A model generated the notes under the pieces. That model did no database searches, was not told the origin of the DNA, and worked only from the letters and a program-made list of their open reading frames with translations. A program made the translations under genes and the position numbers. DNA of 64,000 nt from Cenococcum geophilum (taxonomy: Eukaryota), in assembly GCA_050273025.1 (NCBI GenBank), contig CP158635.1:8618001-8682000 (forward strand), given 5' to 3'. Shown here piece by piece: positions 1-14,659 of this stretch (position 1 is the first letter of the stretch; each line of letters opens with the position of its first letter).

Positions 1-239
1 TTCGCGCACAGACCACGTACTCTACGGACCCCGACGGGTTAAGGGATAGGTGCTATTGCGAAGTATCCTTCTTCTCGGATGGTAACCGTCCAGGCGCGGA
101 CGGTCGGGGCGCCAGGCCCGAAACGGCCTAGTTTACACCGTCGTCGGCCGTGCAGATATGGCCTATGCGCGACCTCAAGAACATCAAAACCTCCAGCACC
201 AAAATGTAAACAATACTATCAACACCCTATATATATTAA

Positions 240-985
240 CACTATGGTAAAAAATAGGCTTTTAATAACGAGGACTTAATTCTACTAACTATATATCTAA
301 ACTAGCTAGCTAGTTTAAAGAAAAAAGCCCCCCCTTAGCCTAGGCCTCTACTTAATTTCATACCTCTATATATTAATAATAATAACGAATATAAACGCCT
401 AAATCTTCTATATAACGTTAATCTAGGCAATGCATATAGTATATTTAAGCTATTCTTTACTAATAAGCTACTTAATAAACTAGTAAACTTTACTAAACTA
501 TATATAGAGCTGTATTTAACACTAGAGGATAAATAGCTAAAGGGACGCCTATATATATAGAAGTTAATATATAAGCTAGAGCTTTATGCATACTTTATAG
601 TGCTAATCTATATAGGAATTTATATTAAACTAACTATTAAAGACTATTAGCAATAGAACTTTCGGCGTAGAACGATATATATATATATATCGCGAATATA
701 TTTTCTATACGAGATAGCAGCAGATTAACCGCTATTTCTACTATACTATATCTTAAAAAGATCGTAATAAGGCCTTCTATAGTACCTTTAAACGTATTTA
801 GGACCTTAGTAAGTATATTTAAACTTACTATTATCAATATTATTACCCTAGAGTCTATCTTACTATTAATAAGACAACTAACCGGTTTACTAGCTAAGTA
901 TTTAAAATAGTTAATATTCTAATAAAGCTAATAATAGAAGGTTATAAGATATAGGTCCTAGTAAATTAAGGCTACCTTCTTAATT
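240..985 (+). mobile_element. piggyBac-family transposase relic, 5' part (RIP-inactivated)
   Basis: Manual translation with RIP reversion gives ELYAYF.VLIYMGIH...EDYW, HLAVDE..RFTGR..EIVNIP.KP..EGYKIWVLA..GYLLD, typical of the piggyBac DDD transposase core. Termini not located. Confidence 0.8.
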
Positions 986-1836
986 AATATCTTATACGGT
1001 CCTAAACCTAGTCTATATAGATAAATACCAATAATTTAGGTATAAAAAACCTTTAAGGGAGACGTAAGTAGTAATACAGCATATACCCCTCTAAGTATTA
1101 CGCATATACTATATTAATAGGAGGAAAAATACTATTAGGTTAACTGCTTTAAGACTAATAGTCCCTAATAGCCTATCTTACCCTATCTACCCTTTATACT
1201 ATACTTCTATATTATTATAGATTGCTATTAGATATCGTTTACCTATCCCTAGCCTCTTACTACCCTATATACGTATATACGCCTACCTACTGTCCTCCTA
1301 TAACCCTCCCTAAGGTATTTAACCTACCTCCTATCTCTCTATATCTAATAGCGTACTTAATCTAGTATTATACTAGCAATAGAAGTATACTAAGCCCCTA
1401 TAACTAAGTACCTATACTACTAATGTAATAGAATAAAGTTAGGGGGGTTAAAGTAGAGGAAGACACAATAAGAAGGTAGATAGACTCTACCTACGAGGTA
1501 TATATAGTTTAACCGCGTATAGGTGCCGTATAGTATATCGTTATACCATATAAGAGGAAGGGGGACGCCATAAGTAGATGCCGTGGTTTAAGTATACTAG
1601 ACGTATACGTAAAGACGTAATAGTTATATTCGTAAGCCTCCGTTAGGGCTTACCCTCCTAGTAAGAAAATTCTACGCACTACTACCACGTCGCAGCACTA
1701 GCGCTGCGCTGCTATACGTATGTCTCTACGTTTACTCTAGTAGTCTATTAGTATAATCCTAATAAAATACTAATAGTAGCTGCTAGGTTCCTGGGCTCTA
1801 CCGCGTAGAGGTATAGAGGCTAATTTTATACAGCTC
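986..1836 (+). repeat. ~850 bp apparently non-coding dispersed repeat ('X') inserted in the piggyBac ORF
   Basis: Interrupts the transposase between GYLLD and WMYHAKG. 5' half resembles 14660-14970 (ttaggtataaaaa...ggaggaaaaatactattaggtt...cctatcttaccctatctacc); 3' half resembles the reverse complement of 49085-49560. Confidence 0.7.
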
Positions 1837-3050
1837 TAATTAGATATATTATATAAAGGGTAAGAAGAAGAGTTCCTTTAAGCTAGATAAGTATTAATAG
1901 AAAGAGGAAGGATTTACTAAAATGGAATTAGTAGTACTTAATTTACTAATATAGGTAGAGAAGAATTTTAAAAAGCGCCTTTACTCTCTAAATAAGTATA
2001 TAGTTTAGCTATATAACCTCTTTACCTTTATTAGACTTTTTTTAAGACCTTAAAAAAAAGTGATTAGTGGTGCTAGAATAGTTAGAATAATAAAAATAAA
2101 GTATAAAGAGTAGGAGGAAAGCGACGGGCTATATAATAAGTTATATAATAAACAAATTAAGCTATAGCTTATATAGCTTAGGCTCTTCTATAGTTCTAAG
2201 ATTCTATAAAGTATACATTATATAGCTATATTAAATAATAATACTATAATAGAATTTACTTAGAAAGATACGTAGATAGTTCTCTTTATAAGAACTACCG
2301 TAGATAATAAGTAACTTAACTACTTTAACTCTACGGCTATCTTACTAAAGTTATATATTATTAGCTTTTATAAAGGTACTTTAAGAAAGGAAGTGTCCGG
2401 CTACTATAGCTATAAAAGTAGCTTAAATATATAAGATTTTCGGCGATAAGGTACGTAAATAGCTCTAGATCCTATATTTTATTAACTTCTATAACTACTT
2501 TATAAAAGGCGTAGATATAGCGGACTAAATAAGGTATTATTATACCTTTTTAAGAGTTTATAAGCGTATCTAAAAGCCGCTATTCTACTTCCTAATTAAT
2601 ATAATTATTACTAACTACTATAAGCTATCTTCTTTTACTATATCTAGCTAGCTATATAAAACTAGGCATAAGAACTTTATAGTAGATCTTATAAACGCCC
2701 TTTTTAAGTATTTAATTTAGCCTACTAATATATTAGAAACTTGTCTATCTATAAGCCAAATCGTCTCCTAAATACCTATAAATTACGGATATAAGCTAGT
2801 TATTATTAATAGGGTAGATAAGATATATTTAGTGTACGCTAAGGCTAGAAAAAGGACTATAATTATAAGGTCTAATAGAAGGAAGCTTCTATATAAGCTA
2901 TTATATAATTCCTTAATAAGGCGTAAAAAGGATTTAAAGTGTCTAAAGTAGACGCTATATACTAAATTTAGGTATAGGCTCTATCGCATTTCGCTCTATT
3001 AATCTAGTCTATACTAAAAAGAGTATATTAAGCGTATAAGCTCTAAATAG
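1837..3050 (+). mobile_element. piggyBac-family transposase relic, 3' part
   Basis: De-RIP reading PIFIDFYNHFMKGVDVADQMR.YY...KRIWKPLFHFLID...NCYKL and a C-terminal Cys-rich segment (FGC.LC.I.LC...CW..H). Confidence 0.8.
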
Positions 3051-3169
3051 TAAGCTATTTTATTTTAACTATATATTTTATTTTTGTATTATAGTAGAAT
3101 TACTAACCGCTTGTAAATAAGTAGGATTAATTAGTTAAGCTTAGGCTATATATTTATGGACGAAATTAA

Positions 3170-6100
3170 TGGTATAAGGGATAGAATACCTATTAGTATT
3201 AGTATTAGTATTATTTCGCTTTTATAGCCCTTAAATACTATCTTAGTAGTACGCCCTATTAGGAAGGCTTAGGTAAACCTAACTATTTAGTCTAGTAGGA
3301 CCTTCTTTCTTAGGATCTATAGGAGTCTCTTATATAATATCTTATTAAAGGCTCCGCTTAGGTCTAGGCTTAGTATAGATACTACGCAGCCTATATACTA
3401 GAGGTAATTAAAGAGAGGGCTAAGAGTGTTAAACGCTTCTTCCTTGCGCCTATTTACGTCTATAGTAGCAGTCCTTACGCCTCTACGGCTTCTTATATAT
3501 ATTCGATAACTATCTTTTTTAGAAGCTTTCCTATTATATTCTTAAGTGTAATTAGTTAGTAGCTTTCTAGGAGGGAGTAGTCCTTTTTATTTACCTTTCT
3601 TAGAACGACTATAATTATTATATTATAATAGTCTAGTAGCTTACCTTTATAAAGGTAGGTAGTTATAGCGTTAGCTAGTAGTATTATTAAGGCTTTTAAT
3701 ATAGCTTTAATTGCCTTATTTAGGATTTTATCTAGCCCTACCGCCTTACTAGTAAGGAGCTTCTATAAAGCTTCTTTTATTTCCTTTATTAAGACTATCT
3801 AGCTTATCTCTAGGGGTAGGGGGTAGTCTTAGCTATTAGTATCTTATAGGTCTGCTTAGCCTACGCCTAGAAAGAATATCTCCGCTAGTATTTTTATCTT
3901 TTCCTTAGTATTATTTATATACTAGTTATATTCTATCTAGCGGAGTATAAGGAGATAGGGGTCCCCTAACATTTTCCCTACGGCTTACTTACTCTACTTT
4001 AATATTCGCTAAAGTCCCTAGTTATATAGTTTAGTAGGGTCTAAGATAATTTCCTCTAAGAAGTAGCCCTAGCTATTTCTACTCTCCTTTTATATTATCT
4101 TCTTAAGCCTATTTTTTAGGGCCTTATAGCTCTATTAGTAGTAGGCTTTGCCTATTACGCTATACTATTACCTTGCTCTTTTTATGCCTATAAGTAGCTA
4201 TACTACCTTAAGCGACTACTCGCGCCGGGCGAATTTACTAAGCTAGGCCTTTAGGTAGTATTCTTCTAGGCAGTTGCTTATAGTACCCTAGATATCCTTT
4301 AGCATTACCTAAGGTATTATCGCCAGTCTATTAGTAATTTCCTAGGTATATTTTTCTTAGTTAAGTTTTCTAATAGTATATCTCTAGCGAGTTTAATACG
4401 CTAATATAGCGATATTAAGAGTTATCCATATAGGTATATAGTCTATAGTTAGTGCCTATATATTTTCTAGCCCGTAAAGTACTAGCCGGTCTATAAGCGC
4501 TTCTTATATAAATGTAAAGTTAATTATACTTTCTTAGGTACCTCTTTCCTAGGTAGGTTCGCTAATTAAAGTAGTTAGAGCGAGGCCTTGCGTTTCTTGT
4601 TCGTTAAGTAAGTAGGTTAACTATACTTCTACTATAGTTTACTATTATCCCTAGGCTATATAATATAAATTAAAGTCCTCTAAGACTATTATCTCGCCTT
4701 CTACTATATTAATAGCTTATTAAAATAGTCTCTACGTACTCTATAGCTTAGCCTAGGCCATTATATAGTAGGTAAGTATACTCTAATACTTCCCCTACTC
4801 CCTTTTCTATTACTTTTTAAACGTCTTTTATACCTTAGCCCTTCTACTCTTTCTATACTATACTTTAGATAGGTCTACCAGCTATATATCTATCTCTATA
4901 ATAGTAGCCGCTATCCTCTTAAGCTTATCCTATTTAGTAGGCCGTATTAATAGCTTTATTCTAGGCTAGAGCTAGTAGGCTATTATAGCTTATATAGTAT
5001 TATATTTCCTCTTAATATACCCTTTTATTAGCCCCTTCTACGTTTTCTCTGCGTAGGCTATAGCTAGCTCCTTTAAGTATATCTAGAGCAGCGGAAACCC
5101 TATCTTATATTTAAGTACTACTATTAGTATTAATTTATACACCCCTATAATAATATAGAGATATAGGTTTTATACTACGCCTCGCTAGCGTAGCTTAGTT
5201 TTACTTATCTTCTTAGGCTTTATTTACTTTAGTAGTAAGTATTAGGTACTATATCTATATAAGATTGCTAGCTAGACTATAGTAGAGTATACTATTTATG
5301 CCTTTTAAAAGGAGGCGCCCTATATAAAAGCTATAAGCCGGGTTAATACGGTTATTTTAGTAACTATTTTTGCTTTAACGATATTAATATATGGCCTTTA
5401 TTTAAGCTTTAAGTTAACCTATACTCCTAGTATATATAGGTTACTAACTAGGCACTCTATAAAACTACGTATATTAACTATAGCCTTTATATTAAACTTC
5501 TTATAGCTCCTTATAAAGTAGATAAGGTAATGCTTTTAGGGGTAAATACTACTTTATACTGGCGTGCTTACGCTATATATACTTTATACACCCTTTTTAA
5601 GGCTTTATAGTTCTTCTCCGTAGTTTTACTATATATTAGTATATTAGAGTTATTAACGAACCTAAATACTATAGTAGTATCCCCTTATAGCTCTAGTAAA
5701 AGTATATAGATAAAGAAAAGAAAAAGGATTAGTAATAGCGCTAAGCCTTAGAATATACTAGTATTCGTCTATATTATTTACGCTATATAGCCCCTAATTA
5801 AGAGCCTTATTACTTAATCTTTAAGGAAGGGTTTTATAAACTATACTATTTAATAGGGTATGGCCTAGACCTTTATATTATAGGATATTCTTTTATAAGA
5901 GACTTAATTAAAGGCCTTAGAAATATTAAGGCTAAGTAGTAAAGCTACTAGGTTTAGGTTACTTCTCTATACTATATATACCTATTAGGTTAGTAGCTCT
6001 AGCGCTATCTATATTAAGTGCCCTAGCCTTATTTCTATTTAGCTAACTAGTAATATACCGATTTTTTCTATAATTCTAAATAGCTAGTCAGCTACTATTA

Positions 6101-6237
6101 TTTTAAAGTGGCTTTCTAATAGTATTAAGTAATATAATTAGCTAGTAGGCCTTTACTATAAAGTAGGGCGGGTTCTATAGTTTCTAAAGGACTACTATAA
6201 TAAAGTCTTTAAATAGTTTTAGGTAATATCTAATTAC
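3170..6237 (-). mobile_element. Tad1-like LINE relic (ORF2 endonuclease plus N-terminal reverse transcriptase, end of ORF1)
   Basis: Minus strand encodes LSLDLSGAFD.VSHERLLWILRKK (~3300-3375), NKA.G.D.I (~3710-3740) and I..GDFN (~4670-4695); homologous to the + strand RT at 8000-8700. Confidence 0.8.
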
Positions 6238-6252
6238 TATATAGCTACTAAA

Positions 6253-9200
6253 ACCCGCAAAGCCCTACTGTACGCGTCTATATTACCGCGGGTGGAAATA
6301 TTATTAGGAAATTGTTCCTTTTAATGGCTAAGTGCAGAGGCGATAGTAGGGAGCCGTCGCAGCGCATGCAGCGCGCTGTCGTCGTGGTTCTGTGGTGTTA
6401 AGCTTATAACACGTACTACGTATAATATATCGCCCTTAATAACACTAGGAGCCTTACTGCCTCTATATAAGGCTCTTGCTCTACTACCTAGGAAGGCCTA
6501 TTAAGGGAAACTAGGATATAAAAACCACCTAATATATAACTACCTAGCTTATAGCTAGGCCTAAAACTAGCCTTATTATCTAGTTAGTTAATATAAATAC
6601 GCCCTAGTCGTATAATAGGATACACTTAGGCTTGTACTAGCTTTAAGATTATAGGGATACGGCGAGGGCGTAGGGAACCTCTTTTTATAAGAACTTATTA
6701 AGGTTAACGCGTTATAGATACCTTATACAAAACTTATTAAGGCCCTAAGGCTACCGTAAAGAACTTATTAAGGCCCTACCTAGAGAACTCGTTAAGGCCC
6801 CTCTATAGGGCCTATCTAGTATCTAATACCTAGGTAACTTAAAAGAGGGTCTTAATAGGTATAGTGTGCGCGACCTAAACAATAAACGCGATAGCGACAT
6901 GATAGCGACGTAATAGCGACTAGATAGCTTAATAAGGTGGAAATATAGGTAAAGCTCTAGGCAGCGGAAATATAGGCTAGCTTCGACGGCCCTATAGCGT
7001 TTAACCTACGGTTAACTTATAGGTAACTTATAGGAGGGTCTTAATAGGTATAGTATATATAACCTAATATATATATATAGGGGAGGCTATAGGGGAAATA
7101 TAGGCTAGTTAGATAAGGTTTTAATAGTTAGAGATATAGGCTAGCTTATAAAAGGGGGAGATATAAGCTTAGTTAGTAGGAGAGGGGGAAGTAAGTTACC
7201 TAGTACGGGACCTAGCGTCTCTATAGCCCCCTCCTATAAAATACGGTCGGCCTATTATAAGGAGACTCTTATAGGTAATGCGAAATAGAGACTAGTAGTC
7301 TATAATAGGGTATTACGCCCCTGTAGAGCATAGTATATAGTAGCCACTACTAGCTCTAGGGACCTTACCTCTTAGCTAGGCTTTAACCCCTAGTACACCT
7401 AATAAGTAGATAGGATTACGTCCTAACTAGAGAGACTACTATATAGCTTAAGAGAACGGATGCGTGTGTTAGTATACTAATAGATAGGACTACTCGCTAG
7501 GGTAGTATACTAGTAAGGTACGCTTAAGGAGTAAATAGGAGTTACTTAGGTGGGTAAGGCTTTAGCTAGGCCTTAACTATAAAAGGTATACCACTTTTAT
7601 ATTATAGGATGCAGCTATAACACCCTTATAGGACTATGCTAGTAAGTATATAAAACGGGAGTTATAACCCCTATAAATGGTAGCTTACGCCTATACTAGT
7701 AGAAATAATAAAGAGAGATATAAAACTAGAGGCTATAGAAGGCTCCTAAGCCGTATAAAAGCGTATTAACTCTAGAAGGAGACTCTTATATAGACTACTT
7801 AGGGGCAGACTAGTACTTAGGCTAATAACCTATTATAAGATACCTAAGAGAACTAGTGAAATTCCCTATATTATTAGTAGTGGTAGCTAACTACTTATAA
7901 AAGGGACTAATACTACTAGAAAACTAGGGTAGAGGCCTAGATAAGTAGGTATATTAAACTCTACTATATAACTACCTACCCTACTAGTAAAGTACTAGGG
8001 CTAAATAAGATCCTAAATAAGGCAATTAAAGCTGCGGTAGAAGCGATAGTAATATTACTTGCCGATATAGTAACTGCCTATCTCTAGAGAGGCCAACTAC
8101 CTAAATGCTTTAAAGTAACAACTATGGTTATCTTATAAAAGGTAAAGAAAAAAGATTACTCCCTTCTAGGAAGCTACCGCTTAATTACCCTAAAAAAACA
8201 CCCTAGAAAAGCTCCTAAAAAAGATAGTTATAAAATATATATAAGAAGCGGCGGAAGTATAGGAGCTACTATTATAGACATAAATAGGCGCAAGAAAGAA
8301 ACAATTAACCCTTTTAGCCCTCTCCCTGATTACTGCTAGTATTTAAGCGGTATAATAAGCTTACCTAAAATGCACTATATCTATACTAAGCTTAGACCTA
8401 AGCAGAGCTTTTAATAATATATTATATAAGAGACTCCTATAAATCCTAAGAACTAAAGGCCTATTAGATTAGATAATTAAGTTTATCTAAGCCTTTCTAA
8501 TAGAGCGTATTATAAAAATTATAATTAAGGGATACGAAAGCGAGTTAATACTAACACCTATAGGCATTTTATAGGGATCTCCCCTCTTACTAATCCTATT
8601 TCTCTTCTTTATATTTAAACTACTAAAAATATTTAAAGATAGCTAGTATATAATAGCCCTAGGGTTTATAGATAATATAAACCTAATTATATAGGGAAAT
8701 ACGGTAGTAGAAAACTATACTAGGCTAAACTAGGCATATAATAGGTGTATTATATAGGTAAAATAATACGGTGCTAAATTCGCACTAGATAAATACTAGC
8801 TTATTTATTTTATAAGGAAAAAAAAGGGTAAGCAGTGACCTAGCCTTAATAGTAAATATCTAGGGCTGCGAAGTAAAGCTAGAAGCTACTCTTAAGATCC
8901 TAGGGGTCTAGATAGACTTTAGGCTAAACTAGAACGAGTATATTATATTAGCAACCCATAGGGGAGCAGCTGCATTTGCGGTAGTATTATAAATCGCAGC
9001 CTTAATATAGGGACCCTTTTTTAGACTTATACGCCTACTATATATAGTAGTTGTAAGGCTAATAATGCTATATAGCTCCTAAATCTAGGGCCTAGGACTA
9101 GGCGGTAAGGTGCTAGTAAAAAGCTCCCTAGCGCTACTAGTTAAACTATAAAACTAGTATTTATGTAGAACTATAGGGGCCTATAAGAGAATACTACGCG

Positions 9201-10300
9201 CCGTACTTAAACGTAAAGCGGTAGTTTTACTATTAGACGTATATATTAATATAACTACTATATAAAGAGTAGTTATAATATAAGGCCACCTAGTGGAAGA
9301 AAAAATATACTAAACACTAAAATGTATATAAGGAATAAGATATATATAAGGAGCGAGGGCCCCTTAAAGGGGAGATACGCCTAAGTATATTAGCTAGGAA
9401 GCCCTCTACCTATAAGCGGTAGAGAGAGAAAAGAAAATATAGAAACTATTAGCTTACTAGGTAGAGACCTAGCGCTATACTAATAGAGTGTTATAACGGC
9501 AATAGAGAATAGAAGGCTACTAGTATAGATAGAGATTTACTATACTTATATAAGATAGGCAGATCTTAAATAGAAGCGATAATAAAAGGAGGTAGCGAAA
9601 ATATAAGATATAGCTATATAGAATACCCTGTAGTTAATACTAACTCTCCCTTTATATAAAGGACTAATAAAAGCAGAATCTATAGCTGCGTTTCTACTAT
9701 AGATAGAGGTTCTAGGTCTAAATATATAGCTTATAAGCATCTATATCCTAAATACTACACCTTAATATACTTGCGGATGGCCTATTTAGTTAGTGCGCTA
9801 TATACTACTATTTTATAGCTACCACTTAGTAAGGGACTAGCTACTTACTAGCGTAGGCATAAATAATATTACCTAGATGCTCTCTATAAGTAGGGGCCTA
9901 TAAGTAATAGTAAAATAGCTTATAGAATAAAAAATCCTCTAGTAGTTTTAAATAGCATATAAGATCTAATAGGAGGACACTATAGGATACGCCCTATTCT
10001 AGGCCCTTAAGGACTAGTTACCCCCCGCCTAGTTATAGGCGGTATACTAGCAAACCACTAGACCCTCCTACTCCTCTTCCCCTAGATCTTCTAATATACT
10101 TAGGAAATATAGTATATAAGGTAGATAAAAAGATATAAAGATATACTAGCTAGGCGAAGGCGGAATATATAAGACTAGCTAAAAGGAAGTACTTAGGTTT
10201 TCCCCTCTATAGAGATTTTTTCTATATAGATAGGTAGTAGCCTATATAGACCTAAAAAGGGACTAAATTAGGTAATAAATAGAATTAATAATAATAATAA
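6253..10300 (+). mobile_element. Chimeric LINE-type insertion, copy 1 (5' module plus 5'-truncated Tad1-like RT/3' end)
   Basis: 15-bp TSD TATATAGCTACTAAA at 6238-6252 and 10301-10315; ends aataaatagaatt(aat)n; RT motifs at 7990-8830 (YR.I.L, LSLDLS.AFD, GI.QGSPL, GFVDD). Confidence 0.85.
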
Positions 10301-10369
10301 TATATAGCTACTAAAGAGCTTAGCTAGCACTAGGGCTAGCTACTTTTTATATATTTTAAAGAATTAATT

Positions 10370-13300
10370 ATTAATCTTTTTTAGACCTAGGGCCTTATTA
10401 GGAGTAAGCCCCTTTAAAGCCGTAATAATATTCTCCTTATTTACTTCTTTTTTTTTTATAGTTTATAGCTTTAGATATATAAAACCTAGTATATTACTAA
10501 GGTCTACCTCTATAGATAGTAGAAAGAACTACTCTATAAGGATAATAGCTTTCTTCTTATTATTATAGTATAGAGTCTCCTCTCCTAGTCTACTAATAAA
10601 AGGAAACTATAGATAGATAGATAATTTTTATTACGCTGTTGCGGTTCCTTAAGGTCTATATAGCGGTTCTATAGAGTACTATTCTCTTTAAAGGAGGGAA
10701 CTAGCCTATATTAGGAAACCCCTCCCCCCTAAAACTAGCTAGTCTAACTAGTATACTATATATATAAGATATTTTCTTCTATTATTAGTAAACTAGTATA
10801 GCTAATAGCTATGGTTATATACTGCTAAGTATAATTTGCGATTACTATATTATAAACTCCCCCTAGCCATAACTAATAGTATACCCCGCCCTACTATTGC
10901 AGTAAAATAACACCCTTACTAATATCCTTTACCGCCCTATTACGCGCTATACTAAAACTAAAGGTTGGTCGCTTTTATTACCGTAAAAGCCTATAGTCCT
11001 ATTTTTTAAACGCTAGTAAGCGCCCTTTAGCTATCTTAATATTGTAGATAGTAGCGCCTATATACTCTTATAAGATTTATATAAAAAGTAAAAAGCTATA
11101 AAAAAGGGAGAGGGCTATAAAAATTAAACCTACGGCCTTAATGGTTACTACTTCGCTTTAGTCTCCTAACTACATATCTTTACTACTACGCCATTACCCT
11201 AGAAGAAAACTATAGTAGGGACTTTAGCTTCCTATCCGCTATATATATCTATTTTACTATACTCTATACCCCTTTAGGGTTATTTATTAGCTTTTTAACA
11301 GTCTACCTTTATAGCTTATTAGCCTTTTATTAGGTTACCTTTTTATTCTTCTTCTTTTTCTTCTTTTTCTTATATATAACTTTATAGTTAATCTAGTTAG
11401 ATACTAATTAAGAGATTTTCTACGCCTAGAAGGCCTACTAGGTTTCCTTTACCTTTTCTATATATTTTTCTAACTATACTTTAGAGGCTTATAGTAAGGG
11501 CCGCGCGTTAAATATTATTTTTATTATATTATTTTTAATTACCTAGTATATAGCCTCTACTAACGCGTTTAGTTTATCTCTTATCTTATATAAGAAGCCG
11601 TATAAAGGCTAAAGCCGGCCCTCTAGCTCGCTCTATACTACCTTTTAATTAGCCTTTTTTTATAGCGGTCTCGTAAGTAGTAAAAGCCCCTTTAGCGCCT
11701 TTATATCTATCTCTATAGTAATAAGAAAATAGTTAGACCCTATATATTAGCGGTTTTACCTTTAACTTTATAGTAGCCTATTAATAATCTAGGGGGAGGT
11801 AAATACTAGATTTAGCGTACTCCTTAATATACTCTTTACCTATATCTCTATACTCGCCTTAGCAGTTAGGCTTAGGCTAGCTACCTCTATAGCGCGAATA
11901 AGGTTATCTACTACGTTATCCGTACTTATTACTATTATATCCCCCTAAAAGGTATAGTATAGATTAAAATCGCCTAATAGTATATATTCTCCTTTAGCCC
12001 TTAGTAGCTCTAGTAGTATATAAAGGCTACTATTTATCTATTAGAGGTTATAGATATTATAAATCTAAATAGTCCGCTCGCGGCCCTTTAGCTTAATTAT
12101 ATATATATCCGCTAAGTAGTATATAGGCGCCTACTTATTTATAATAATAGTCTTATTTATATAAAAATAGATCCTTATATTACCTACTCCCGCGTATATT
12201 AGGTAGTAGGACTTTATAGTATATATTATATTTCCTTAATCCCTCCGCTATAGCTTCTAAATAGCTAGTATATCTAGCTAAGAGTCCGCCTACTTTACCT
12301 CCTATAGAAAATAGAGTAGTACGCTATTCTTACTATTATTAGTATTATACTATATAATTATAAGTGGTTTCTAGTATCCTAGTATAAGAGATCTATACTA
12401 GCCTTTATACCTTTTAGCGTTTACTTACTCCCTTATAATATAGTTTTAGTACCTATAGACGCCTCTTTCTAGATCTAGGCTTTTACTTCCACCTCTATAT
12501 TAAGCTCTATATTTAGTAAAGGCTCTTAAGTTATTAGGACTTAAATTAAGGTATATATACTACTATTTAGCGCTATTTAAAGTACTAATTAGAGTATTCT
12601 CTAGCCCTTTTCCTTCCTAGAGTAGTTAATAATTTACGGCCGGCTAACCTTTTAAGGGCCCTCCTCTACCTATATAAAGCTTTTCCGTATAACTATCTCC
12701 TTTAGCTTCCTTTTCTTAGCTTATTATAAGGCCTCTTTAGTAATAATTTTATACTATAATTATAATTACTATTCGCTTATAGGCGCCTTATAGGCACTAA
12801 CGTAGTATATTAGCGTAATAGCCCTAATTACTATAGCCTTCTCCTAATATATCCGCTTAACGCTATACGCCCTACTCTATACCTTATAGTTAATATACTT
12901 TTTAAGTAAGTCTTCTATATAATCGCTAGTATTATATTACCTAGAGTAGTGTCTATACCTTCTATAGCTCTTAGCTATATAATTAAAGCCCTAGTATTTA
13001 AAGTACTATAATACTAAAAATGTCATCTTATATCTTATAGCTAGGTAGTAGTCTCCTCCTAAGAAAAGGCCCTAATTAAATAACGTATTTACTACCTTTT
13101 CTAACTATATGCCTATAATAAGCGACGATTTAACCTTTTCTCCTATCTGGACTTTTTCTAGCCTTTTCTATACGAACCTTAATACTATAAGCCCCGCTAT
13201 TATATAATTCTACTTTATTATATACTCTATTATCTACTTAGCCTCTAGGCCCTAGATAGTAAGGTTTATAGATACTACGTAGACGTCTACTAGTACTAGC

Positions 13301-14600
13301 GGTACGGCTAGTATAGTAGAGCGCCCTAGGACCTTTATCTACCTATTTCTTATAGCAGCTTATCTCTTATCTCTTTATCTATAACGTACGCACTAACGTT
13401 GCTACTTTATAGCTTCTTTACGGCTTATATCTTATAGGTATTTAGGGGTCCTACGGCCTAGAGCTTATATACTAGAGCTTAGCTATTCTACTTTAAGGTC
13501 TCCTTATAGTTAGTAGCGTTATATATACGGATTATAATCTTATATATATCTATAGATTTATAGGCAGCTTGTCTTATAGCTTAGGGTATTATAAGTATAA
13601 TAGTAGTAATATATACGTACGATAGCGGGCCTATAAACGCCGATTTACTTTTTATAGCTATTATTATAGCTCTTTAGAGAGCGTTAATATCTATCTAGAT
13701 TACCTTTATATCTTAGGCATATTATTTCTAAGTTCCTTAGGTCTAAATAAGCTCTACTAATATAGTGAAGGCTACCTAAAGGGTTATAGTAAGGAAGGAG
13801 AGCACAATAGTACGTTCCTTATTTATATTAAAATATCGTTTCTATAGCACCTACTAGGTTTATTATACGGATTATATAGTTTATAAGACGCGTTTTTAAA
13901 GGGCGCGCTATTTAATTAGGGTTGTTAGGGTTAAGGGCTTATTTATTTATTATAATCCGGTTTTAAGGGCTATATATTAGAAAGTACTATATATACCTTT
14001 ACTAATGCCGAATTAGAATACGTAGTATTAATAGAAAGGGTTCTTATAGTCCTCTGAGGCTTATAGAAACTCTATTAGACTTATTTTAAAGGTTTGTTTA
14101 GCGGTCGATTATATTATATTATAGTTAATTAGTTCTATTTATTATCTAATTTAGTTCCCTTTTAGATTTATATAGGCTTTTACCTTCTATATAGGAAAAT
14201 TTTTCCCTAAAAAGGAAAAACTAAAGAATTTCCTTTAGCTAGTCTTACGCGTTTTGCCTTTACCTAGCCTATATAGCCTTATAGTAATATCTACCTTATA
14301 TAATATACTTTCTAGGTATATTAGAAGATCTAAGGGGAGGTAGTAAAAGGGTTTAATAATTCGCTAGTATACTACTTATAGCTAGGCGGGGGTATCTAGT
14401 CCCTAAGAGGCTAAAAGGAGGTATATCCTTTAGTATCCTCCTATTAGATCTTATATACTATTTAGAGCTACTAAAGGACTTCTTAGCCTATAAGCTATTA
14501 TACTATTACTTATAGGCCCCTACCTATAGAAAGTATCTAAGTAATATTATTTATACCTACTTTAATAAATAGTTAGTCTTTTACTAAGTAGTAGGTATAA
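10370..14600 (-). mobile_element. Tad1-like LINE relic (ORF1 plus endonuclease, truncated at the RT start)
   Basis: Minus strand DILAIQEPW (~12250-12275), ILLGDFN (~11965-11985), NKAPGP (~10385-10405); upstream ORF1-like region ~12400-14300. 5' boundary approximate. Confidence 0.75.
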
Positions 14601-14659
14601 AAAGGTAGTATATAGCGCACTAACTATTATTCTTATTTATTCTTATTTAATATCTAGTA

